The notes under the pieces: generated by a model | Databases searched by the model: none | What the model was told of the DNA's origin: nothing | Seen by the model: only the letters and a program-made list of their open reading frames with translations | From: Mobula hypostoma | Lineage: Eukaryota | Assembly (NCBI RefSeq): GCF_963921235.1 | Contig: NC_086108.1 | Span: forward strand, 15,314,001-15,378,000 | Reading direction: 5' to 3' | Length of the DNA stretch: 64,000 nucleotides | Position numbers and translations under genes: made by a program | Part shown: positions 52,287 to 62,859 of the stretch, one piece after another | How the letters are laid out: every line of letters starts with the position of its first letter | Numbering within the stretch: position 1 is the stretch's first letter

Positions 52287-53125
52287 TGTTACGTACCCCG
52301 TAACTGGGTTGCCAAACCAGCAGAAATGGATCACTCAGTTGGAGTCTGGAGTACTAGAACTAAGAAAGTTTTATTAAAGAAACAAGCAACACATTAATCG
52401 AAAGGATAATAAATGCAACAGTTCAGCGATGATAAACGCACATGTGCACAGAATTAAGATAACCGCATCAATCAAGCTCTATCGTTGACTAGGGGTAAAT
52501 GACCAATTTCAAAATGACTCAAAGTTCAGTCCAGTTTGTAGTTCAGTTCGCAGTAATCGTTGTCATGGCGATGGACAAGGTGGGGAAGAGAGACATAGAA
52601 TAGGAACAACTCATCATTCAGCACAGCTTCACTCACAGACCAGCGAGATGGCTCACAAACAGCATTTGGGCGGGTCCTTGGTGATGTCACCTGAGGTCAC
52701 CGACTGTGACCCCTCCTCCAGATGCGGTCGATCCTCTGCAGTGAACCCGGCACCCAGGCAAGGGCGGACATCGTACCTTTCCACCCTGGTCGTTGTCTGG
52801 TACTTCTCACCCACTCGTGAGAAGCGTACCGCTTCCAGGGTCTCGTTACCTCGGGTGGCGTGTGTGTCTGTCTTAGCGAACCTGTCCCTTTTTATCCCCC
52901 TGCTGGGGTATCGCCTGTCCATCACTTCAAACAGTTCAGGGTTCAAAGGGGGGAGCCGCTCCAGACAGCTCTCCCTCCCACATCCCTTCATTACACATCT
53001 CCAGACGCTGCTCCATTGTTCCTTATCTCTCCTTCCCCTGAGGGCAGGTGGCAGACCAACTGCTGATGCCACTGATGCTAGCCCAGGCCAGCAAACATCT
53101 TAATTTTATGTGTATTCTCGTAACA
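52287..53125 (-). mobile_element. Solo LTR, same family as 36489-37387
   Basis: Reverse-complement homology along its length; TG...CA ends; TSD CAAG. Confidence 0.9.
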
Positions 53126-53542
53126 CAAGGGACAAAATTGGTCCTCTGGAAAATCAGAGTGGTCATCTCTGCATGGTGCCAAAAGAGAAGGGGTGTCTTA
53201 AATGGATTTTTTGCATCTGTATTTACTCGGAAGACAGACTCAGAGTCTATAGAAGTAAGGCAAAGCAGTAATGAGGCCATGGATTGTACATTGAATACAG
53301 AGGAGGTGTTTGCTGTTTCAAGACAAATCAGGTACAGGAAATTCTGATACTTATAAAGAATTATTTGCACACACACAACTTCTGAGCTATAGGAAAGAAA
53401 CAAAAGCATGTTTACTCATGTAAGTTTTTCACGGACTAACAGTTCTAGTTTAATACACTTACCAACAACACTCCTGTGCAATTCTAAACACTAATCAGGG
53501 TGCAGGTTTAGCTATTCACTAAGGGAGTAAGAGTAACTTTCA

Positions 53543-54669
53543 CAAACACAAGGAAATCTGCAGATGCTGGAATTTCAAGCAACAAACTTAAAAGTTGCTG
53601 ATGAACGTAGCAGGCCAGGCAGCATCTCTAGGAAGAGGTACAGTCGACATTTTGGGCCGAGACCCTTCGTCAGGACTAACTGAAAGAAAAGATAGTAAGA
53701 GATTTGAAAATGGGAGGGGGAGGGGGAGATCCAAAATGATAGGAGAAGACAGGAGGGGGAGGGATGAAGCCAAGAGCTGGAAAGTTGATTGGCAAAAGGG
53801 ATATGAAAGGATCATGGGACGGGAGGCCTAGGGAGAAAGAAAGTGGGGGGGGGGATCCCAGAGGATGGACAAGGAGTATAGTGAGAGGGACAGAGGGAGA
53901 AAAAGAGAGAAGAAAATAATAATATATATAATAATAATAAATAAATAACAGATGGGGTACGAGGGGGAGGTAGGGCATTAACGGAAGTTAGAGAAGTCAA
54001 TGTTCATGCCATCAGGTTGGAAACTACCCAGACGGAATATAAGGTGTTGTTCCTCCAACCTGGCTCTGTCCGCCAGAGAAAGAAGGATCTCCCAGTGGCC
54101 ACACATTTTAATTCCACATCCCATTCCCATTCTGATATGTCTATCCATGGCCTCCCCTACTGTCAAGATGAAGCCACACTCAGGTTGGAGGAACACCACC
54201 TTATATTCCGTCTGGGTAGTCTCCAACCTGATGGCATGAACATTAACTTCTCTAACTTCTGTTAATGCCCCACCTCCCCTTCGTACCCCATCCATTATTT
54301 ATTTATTATTATTATATATGTATATTATTCTTTTTCTCTCTCTTTTTCTCCCTCTGTGCATCTCACTATACTTCTTGTCCATCCTCTGGGATTCCCCCCT
54401 CCCCCTTTCTTTCTTCCCTGGCCTCCCATCCCATGATCCTTTCATATCCCTTTTGCCAATCAACTTTCCAGCTCTTGGCTTCGTCCCTGTCCCTTCTGTC
54501 TTCTCCTATCATTTCAGATTTCCCCCTCCCCCTCCCACCTTAAAATCTCTTGCTATTTCTTCTTTTAGTTAGTCCTGACGAAGGGTCTTGGCCCCAAACG
54601 TCGACTGTACCTCTTCCTAGAGATGTTGCCTGGCCTGCTGTGTTCACCAGCAACTTTTAAGTGTGTTGC
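53543..54669. mobile_element. 1.1-kb fold-back Penelope-like insertion (inverted 3' ends)
   Basis: Minus arm 53543-54061 joined to plus arm 54062-54669; TSD TAAGAGTAACTTTCA at 53528-53542 and 54670-54684. Confidence 0.93.
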
Positions 54670-56578
54670 TAAGAGTAACTTTCAAACACTTTTCCCAATA
54701 GCAGCCATTCCCCTTACAAGACAAACAACATTATTTGTTCTGTGATGTTTACTTACAGGGTCAATGATGATGGTGTACTTAAATGCTAACTTGGCTCAGT
54801 TTCTAACGCTGATGCGCAAGTCAAATGAAGCAATCTTAGCTAATGCTACAGAGGGCACTTTCAAGAAGAGCCCTTTCTCTAAGCAGAAGTTAGGAAGTAA
54901 GCCCATTTTCCCATTCAGGTGAATTTGTTACTGTGCGAAAGGAACTAATAATTTATCAGAATCCTAGCCAATATTTCTTGCTGCACTGGAGTGTGTAAAG
55001 CACCAACAGGTTTTGCAGTTGTTGGGTTTGGCTGTGCACAGTATGCCCACCCAACAGTGATTACACTTCAACAGTATTTTGATGTTTTTCAGAAAATAAA
55101 TGGATTTCTCAATATTAAGAGAATCAAGAGATATGAGATCAAAGCAAAAAAAAACTGAAGGTAAAACAATCAGATGTGATGGCATTAAAAAGGCAAAGCA
55201 GAGGGAAGATTGAATGCTTCTGTTTCTTATTGTGTCACACCTGGCTGTGAAGTATGTGCAGAAATCCCATGGGTACAATTAAAGAACTGTATAACAACAA
55301 GCTCTTTCTTTAAGTTTGAAATGAAGGTCTATTTTTCAACCAGGAAAGGGTTTCCAAACTTACTCCTTTTGCATCAATGACACATTCACATGTGCGTATA
55401 TCTACACACACACACACACACAAAACTACTACTGGTGTCATTGATCAATATTAATCCTTACATTATTTAATCTTGTGGTTCCATTGTTGTGGTACAAAGA
55501 CTCCTCAGGGAACAGAAGAGACAAACACAAGGGCTCAGAGGCTTTTGTAGTATTGAGATTGTTTAAATGAAATACATTTGGCATTCCAGCTGTCCAAGCA
55601 GACCTGGGAATTCTTGGGACAACCACAACTCTTTGAAAGGGGTAGCCAATGATGTTGTCAATTACATGGTTTTTTCATGTAGGAAATAGGTGCAAGTTAC
55701 CAACTGTGAACAAGAGGGGCTTTCATTGAATTAAAAAAAACTGGGAACTACTGGTTTGGTGTCTGGAAGGAGCCTATGCTGAGAAAAACCATCTATGGGA
55801 CTTGTAGCTTCTCATGTGACCAGTGGGAATAGAGAAAAAAATAACTATTAGTATAAGTTCTAATGAAGTTTATGTAAAGAAAGAACCACATCTGACTGGG
55901 GACATAGGAGCTTTCTGGACAACTTCAGATAATGAATATGTAGACCTCCTTTGGGCTCATTTTGGCTTCTCCCATCATCACCCTGTGTTGCACCATTACC
56001 CCTATCACTATTTAATCGTCAGTCTGCCCCGAAGCCCATCATAGATCTGCCCTTCCTTACCTCCCCTCTTTTTTCAGCCTCTGTACTTGCTTAAATTCTT
56101 GTATCTCTATAACTTTTCCAATTTATCTGAGAGCTCTCAGGCTGACTAGTTTGCTTTCCTCACCACTAATACTCTCTGACTTGAGTATTTCCAGCATTTT
56201 TCACTTAAATGGCATCTGAATAGATGAATTAATGGGCTACATTAAAGTAATACCTGTAACAGTTGAAGTGTCCTAAACTGCTTTACAAAACTCAATTCAG
56301 GTAAAATATAGTACTCATTCATAGATCCGCAAAACATTTAAGGAAAGATGAAGCAACATATGAAAGGATAACAACAGGTTTGGTGATGAGAGTTGAGCTC
56401 AAGTTCTAGACATTTGAATGCATGGCACTGATTACAGTAATAGCACAAATCATACAGGCCAATTCAGCTCATCTCATCCATACCGACTGTGATGCTAATC
56501 CCTTTTTCCTACATTAGGCTCAAACCTGTAGGCACCCTTCCTATTCAAGTATCTGTTCATACACCTTAAATCTTGTAA

Positions 56579-56782
56579 CACACATCTAAGTTGCCGGTGA
56601 ACGCAGCAGGCCAGGCAGCATTCCTAGGAAGAGGTACAGTCGACGTTTCGGGCCGAGACCCTTCGCCCTGAAATGTCGACTGTACCTCTTCCTAGAGATG
56701 CTGCCTGGCCTGCTGCGTTCACCAGCAACTTTGATGTGTGTTGCTTGAATTTCCAGCATCTGCAGAATTCCTCGTGTTTGCG
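56579..56782. mobile_element. Fold-back PLE-tail mini-element
   Basis: Hairpin centred near 56660; 16-bp TSD ACCTTAAATCTTGTAA at 56563-56578 and 56783-56798. Confidence 0.92.
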
Positions 56783-57532
56783 ACCTTAAATCTTGTAAAT
56801 GTATCTGTCTCCATTGTAAAATGTGATAGCTACAAAATTCTCTATAGTAGCTCACTCACTTCATATCAACTCAGTGATAGGCAAGTTATCATTGAAACAC
56901 ATCAAGCTCTGTTCTGTGCTACACATAATCTTACCTTGGACTTTAATCTTGCCCTTTGGCAGAACTGGCAATTACAGCGGCATTTGAAGCATTGTGCATC
57001 TACTGAGCCTAGATTTAAAGAAACCAGTTGATTGGGATGACCAATGTCTGAGGTAATAGCTTTTCTTTTGGATTATTTGGTTATTTCCATATTTTCAAAA
57101 GTCCAAGGTTCTGAAAATATGGCCATAGGAGCCTCAATGCAGACAGCTTTTTCATCAAAGTGACACATTCTGACCATTATCCTCAGTTTCCTTCAGACCA
57201 ATTTTGGATCCAACATTACACTTTCCCTTGAGTCCTGTGGACTTCCACTTCCATGACCAGATCGTTAAGATCTTGCCAAGTGCTTGGCTGAAATTTATGT
57301 GGGCAATATCAAATTCCTTTTCTTCACTGCCAGTCCTCTCTAAACAACAGTCAAAGAGATGAAGTACAATGTACAATCTAACGGCTATACGTTGTAATAG
57401 AGGAAGTACTAAAGAGTTTAGCATCTTTGAAATTGAATAGATTACCAGGACCAGGTGAAATACATGCCAGCTTTGTAAACGAAGTAAGTAAGTAAATTAT
57501 GGAAGTTCTAACTGACATTTTGCTGGTTTCTT

Positions 57533-58081
57533 AAGGATGTTCATAGCCAGGGAAGGTAGTGAGGATAAGTTCCCACTACCTATTAAATGCTCCCAATGGC
57601 GTGCATCTCAAATAGCCTCTGACAACCAAGTCCAGCTCTTGGCCTTAGTTGTTAGCTACTAAGCCCAGCAAAACTGTTTCTACTGACAAGAGAAGGGGCA
57701 AAGGCAGGTTACTGGCACCTTAAAACTAGTTGCTTTGGGCAGATGGGACTTGTCACCTGTGGTTGGTAGCTTATCTAGGAGAAGGAAAACTCCTCTCCGC
57801 TGCTTTGCAGCTATACCAACTAATGGTGAAGGCTTTGAGAGTAAACCCTGACGAAAAATCTGGAGCTGGGGTCCCGAAGACAATTGACACCAACTGACAA
57901 CTTTTGCGACGCCACTGGTGCCAAAACTGTATTGGTCTCTGCTGTTTATCAGCTGTGTGGAGAAGGGGAGCCTGCTCCATGGGCAGCAGCTTGTTCTCCA
58001 CTTCATACTGCCCTGGCTTGCGTATTACGTAGAAAACTAGGATGCAATATCCATGGTTGACCCTGATCAAGGAGGATCTCA
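57533..58081 (+). mobile_element. ~550-bp non-coding interspersed repeat, possibly RTE-related
   Basis: Second copy inverted at 59462-59990; contains TCTAGGAGAAGGAAAACTC, which I recall from RTE-type 5' regions. Confidence 0.6.
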
Positions 58082-59461
58082 ACTGTCATTTTCTAGTCTT
58101 CCCGGGGTCTGGCATGGTGTTAGAGTACTGAAGGCCTGACTGTAGTGAATCCTGATATATTTTTAAAAAAAGGATACATTGAGTAACTATAAGCTTTTTT
58201 TAACTTTGGTAGTGTGAAAATCAGTTCCATCCATAGGGAAGGTATATCCTTTCTTTCAATTGATAGTGGACTGTCAGCACAGCCTTGATGGGAAGCTCGT
58301 GTATAATGAATTTTTTGGGGGGAGTAATAAAATGTTTCATGTAGTCAATGGATTTCAGCAAGGCTTTACGCAAAGTAACAAACTGGTGAAAAATGTGATA
58401 AAAGACAACAGAATCCAAAGCTGTCTGAGGTGTATAGGAAGCCAATGGTTGTGGTTGATGTGTGCTTCTCATGTGGTCTCAGTCAATTGTTTGTAATACA
58501 CCTTGATTCTTTAGACAAATGGAAGAGAGAGAAAGAAATTTACTGGTAAGATTATTATGTTATATTTGACAAAAGCTTTAGACTGCAAAAGGTTATTGAT
58601 AAACTGGTCAGATAGAAATAGAACTGAATTCAGAGAAGTGTAATAATGCGAGGGCAAGGAAATAAGCAATAGGTGGCAGGGTATTAAGTGGAGTGGAGCA
58701 GAGGAACACAAGAGTCCATCTATAAGTAGCTGGATGAGAGCAATGAAATAGTTAAGGTGGTATACAGGATGCCACCTTTATTAGCCAAAGCATAGAGTAT
58801 AAGAGTAGGGAGTTTGTGTTAGAATGGTGTGCAACACTTGAGGCCACAGCTTGAGAACTGCATATATGAAAGGATGCAGAGTTTTACAAGGATTTTGTTA
58901 GAGATGGAAAATTATAGCTCTAAAAATGATGCATGGTTGTCTTCCTTGGGATAGCAAGGTGAGGGTGTAACAGATTCATTCTATGATATTGTTCAAAAGG
59001 CTGCAGTGCCCCCACCCAGAAGCTCAGATACTGTTCTGATTTTACCTCAAGCTGCATTGGAAATTTTGTTAAAATACCTATAGCTCTATTTTTATTTATC
59101 CATTCCAACTGGTTACATGAGAAGCTACAAGTTCAACAGATGGCCTTTCTCAGCAAAGGTTTCTTCTGGACTCTAACCCAGTGGTTTCCAGTTTATGTCA
59201 ATGAAAACCCCATGTAATTGACATCATCCCATGTAATTGAAAGCTATTCCTTTCGAGAAATTGTGGCTATCCCAGGAATTCCCAGGTCTGCTCGGAATTA
59301 GTGTGCCAAATGTATTTTTGTTTACTAACTAAATGTTCTCAATATTATAAAAGCCTCTGAGCCTGTGTTTGATGCCTGTGTTCCCTGAGGAGTCCTTGCA
59401 CCATAACAATAGAACTACAGGAGTAAATTATGTAAGGATTAATATTGATTAACGATACCAG

Positions 59462-59990
59462 AAATATGAAGCTGTCTATGTGATATGCAAGACAGGGCAG
59501 TATGATACGGAGAGTAAGCTGTTGCCCATGTAGCAGGCTCCCCCTCTCCACACAGCTAATGAATCCAAAGGAACAGCAGAGACTGATACAGTTTAGCACC
59601 AGCAACGTTGCAGGAACTTAATGTAGTACTGGCTTAGGGACTCCAGCTCTGGATTTTTCCTTGAGGTTTACTCCGGAAGCCTTCCCCATAAGTGGGTATA
59701 GCCACAAGGGAGCAGAGTTTTGAGATCAGAGTTTTCCTTCTAGATGAACTGCCAACCACAGCTGACGAGCTCCATCTGCCTGGAGTGACTGTTTTCAAGG
59801 TGCCAGTAACCCACCTTAGCTCCTTCTCTTGTCAGTAAAAACTGTTCCAGCAGGCTTAATAACTAAGCCACTCATGAAAGCCAAAAGCTGGACTTCGTTG
59901 TGAGAGGCTATTTGAGATGCAGACCACTGGGAGCATTTAACATGTGGTGCAAGCTGCTCCCCATTACCTCCCCTGCCTATGACAACCTGA
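59462..59990 (-). mobile_element. Second copy of the 57533-58081 repeat
   Basis: Reverse-complement similarity throughout; it interrupts the right arm of the inverted duplication. Confidence 0.6.
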
Positions 59991-60967
59991 AGGAATTTTT
60001 AATAATCAAAAATCTCCAGGTTGTTTTTGAAATGCATCAAAATACTGTTGAAGTGCAATCACTGTTAGGTGGGCAGACTGTGCACAGCCAAACCCAACAA
60101 CTGCAAAACCTGTTGGTGCTTTACACACTCCAGTGCAGCAAGAAATATTGGCTAGGATTCTCATAAATTATTAGTTCCTTTCGCATATTAACAGATCCAC
60201 CTGAATGGGAAAGTGGGCTTACTTTAACTTCTGCTTAGAGAAAGGGCTCCCAATTGAAAGTGAAATGCATCTTTAAAGTGTCCTCTGTAGCATTAGTTAA
60301 GATTGCTTCATTTGACTTGTGCACCAGCATTAGCAACTGAGCCAAGTTAGCATTTACGTACACCATCATCATTGACCCTGTAAATAAACATCAGAGAACA
60401 AATAATGTGGTTTACCTTGTAAGCGGAATGGATGCTATTGTGAAAAGTGTTTGAAAGTTACTCTTACTGCCTTAGTGAATAGCTAAACCTGCACCCTGAT
60501 TAGTGTTTAGAATTGCACAGGAGTATTGTTGGTAAGTGTATTAAACTGGAACTGTTAGTTTGTGAAAAACTTACATGAGTAAACAATGTTTTTGTTTCTC
60601 TCCTATAGCTCAGAAGTTGTGTGTGTGCGCAATTAATTCTTTGTAAGTATCAGAATTTCCTGTGCTGTATTGGAGAGAGATTGTACATCTCTTATCTATA
60701 AATCTGATGTAATTTCTTTCCTTGTCCCTCTTTGTTCTGAAAGCTTAGCAACTCTTGCGGGCTGCCCAGTACAATTCTCACCGACATTACCTGCAACAAA
60801 CAAAGATAATCTAATAGGGCTTGTCTTCAAAAAAAGATCAGGTTACCTCCTCATTAATTCATTAAGGCTTCTCCAAATGGCTATTGCATTTCTTCCCTGG
60901 TTATCATTGCCTATAAAAAAGACTGGCCTACAGTTACTGGGGTGTCCCTGATGTGTAAAAACAAACA

Positions 60968-61200
60968 AAAACCAGCACACAACAGCAAACATGATAGCAC
61001 TGGCCACCACAGACTCGTAGAACATCCTCAGCATCATCCGGCGGATGTTAAAGGACCTCAGTCTTCTCAGGAAATAGAGACGGGTCTGACCCTTCTTGTA
61101 GACAGCCTCAGTGTTCTTTGACCTGTCCAGTTTATTGTCAATTCGAATCCTTGTAATTGTACTTGTAATCCTCCACCATGTCTACACTGACCCCCTGGAT
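60968..61200 (-). mobile_element. Rex1-type fragment
   Basis: MMLRMFYESVVASAIMFAVVCW, identical in part to the peptide at 11305. Confidence 0.8.
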
Positions 61201-61204
61201 GGAA

Positions 61205-62848
61205 ACAGGGGGCCGGTGTTCTGTGCTCGGTGTCAGATGTGCGAACCCTGGAGACTTCCAGCCTCCTGGATGGCCACATCTGCACCAGGTGCGTCGAGCT
61301 GCAGCTCCTTAGGAACCGTGTTAGGGAACTGGCGATGCAGCTCGATGACCTTCATCTGGTCAGAGAAAGTGAGGAAGTGATAGAGAGAAGCTATAGGCAG
61401 GTACTCACACCGGGGCATAGGAGACAGATAAGTGGGTAACAGTCAGGAGAGGGAAGGGCAGGAGTCAGATGCTAGAGAGCACCTCTGTGGTTGTACCCCT
61501 TGACAATAAGTACTCCTGCTTGAGTACTGTCTGGGGGGGGTTGAATGGCCCACTTGGGGGAAGCAACAGTGGCCACGCCTCTGGCACAGAGTCTGGCCCT
61601 GTGGCTCAGAAGGGTAGGGAAAGGAAGAGGATGGCATCAGTGATAGGGGACTCTATAGTTAGGGGGTCAGACAGGCGATTCTGTGGACGCAGGAAAGAAG
61701 CACGGATGGTAGTTTGCCTCCCAGGTGTCAGGGTCCAGGATGTTTCTGATCGTGTCCACGATATCCTGAAGGAGAACAGCCAGAGGTCGTGGTACATATT
61801 GGTACCAACGACATAGGGAATGAAAGGGAGGAGGTCCTGAAAGCAGACTTACAGGGAGTTGGGAAGGAAGTTGAGAAGCAGGACCACAAAGCTAGTCATC
61901 TTGGGATTACTGCCTGTGCCACGTGACAGTGAGTATAGGAATAGAGTGAGGTGGAGGATAAGTGCGTGGCTGAGGGATTGGAGCAGGGGGCAGGAATTCA
62001 GATTTATGGATCTCTGTGGGTGGAAGTTAGGAACAGGAAGGGGTCAATAACTGTACTGGATTTTTTTTTATAGACCTCTGAATAGCAACAGGGACATCGA
62101 GGAGCAGATAGGAAGACAGATTCTGGAAAGGTGTAATAATAACAGGGTTGTCGTGGTGGGAGGTTTTAATTTCCCAAATATCGATTGGCATGTCCCTAGA
62201 GTGAGGGGTTTAGATGGGGTGGAGTTCATTAGGTGTGTTCAAGAAGGTTTCTTGACACAATATGTAGATAAGCCTACAAGAGGAGAGGCTGTACTTGATC
62301 TGGTATTGGGAAATGAACCTGGTCAGTGTCAGATCTCTCAGTGGGAGAGCATTTTGGAGATAGTGATCACAATTCTATCTCCTTTACCGTAGCATTGGTG
62401 AGGGATAGGAACAGACAAGTTAAGAAAGTATTTAATTGGAGTAAGGGGAAATATGAGGTTATCAGGCAAGAACTTGGAAGCATAAATTGGGAACAGATGT
62501 TCTCAGGGAAATGTCTGGAAGAAATGTGGCAAACGTTCAAGGGATATTTGCATGGAGTTCTGCATAGGTACGTTCCAGTGAGACAGGGAAGGGGTGGTAG
62601 GGTACAGGAACTGTGGTGTACAAAGGCTGCTGAAAATCTAGTCAAGAAAAGAAGAGCTTACGAAAGTAACTAGGTAATGATAGAGATCTAGAAGATTATA
62701 AGGCTAGCAGGAAGGAGCTTAAGAATGAAATTAGGAGAGCCAGAAGGGGCCATGAGAAGGCCTTGGCGGACAGGATTAAGGAAAACCCCAAGGCATTCTA
62801 CAAGTATGTGAAGAGCAAGAGAATAAGATGTTAGAGAATAGGACCATC
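61205..62848 (+). mobile_element. CR1 LINE 5' portion: ORF1 (zinc finger + SGNH esterase) and ORF2 endonuclease, disrupted
   Basis: CARCQM...ICTRCVELQLL, VIGDSIVRG, GGFNFPNIDW, PTRGEAVLDLVLGN, GDSDHN; homologous to minus-strand 14662-14900 and 12290-12455. Confidence 0.9.
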
Positions 62849-62859
62849 GAACTTTCTAG

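Larger units (their letters stand above)
48630..53330 (+). mobile_element. Decayed CR1 LINE (5' region, ORF1, APE part of ORF2) hosting four insertions
   Basis: YICKKCIQLQL-like ORF1 zinc finger (~48900), VVMGNS esterase remnant, ETW (49480), GGFNF (50912), SDHN (51102) and KENPKGFY (52240). Confidence 0.85.
53334..60663. repeat. Large imperfect inverted duplication
   Basis: 53334-53542 plus 54685-55120 pair with 59996-60663; 55432-55870 pairs with 59062-59461; spacer about 3.2 kb. Confidence 0.92.

Noticed and set aside
54760..54815. C/D box snoRNA (ATGATGA...CTGA)
   Set aside because: Only ~50 nt, no terminal stem, and the paralogous arm has CTGG instead of CTGA.
60530..60650. Cryptic small exon (GTAAGT, pyrimidine tract-TAG, GTAAGT) in the right arm of the duplication
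   Set aside because: Splice-like words only; no recognisable peptide or other support.
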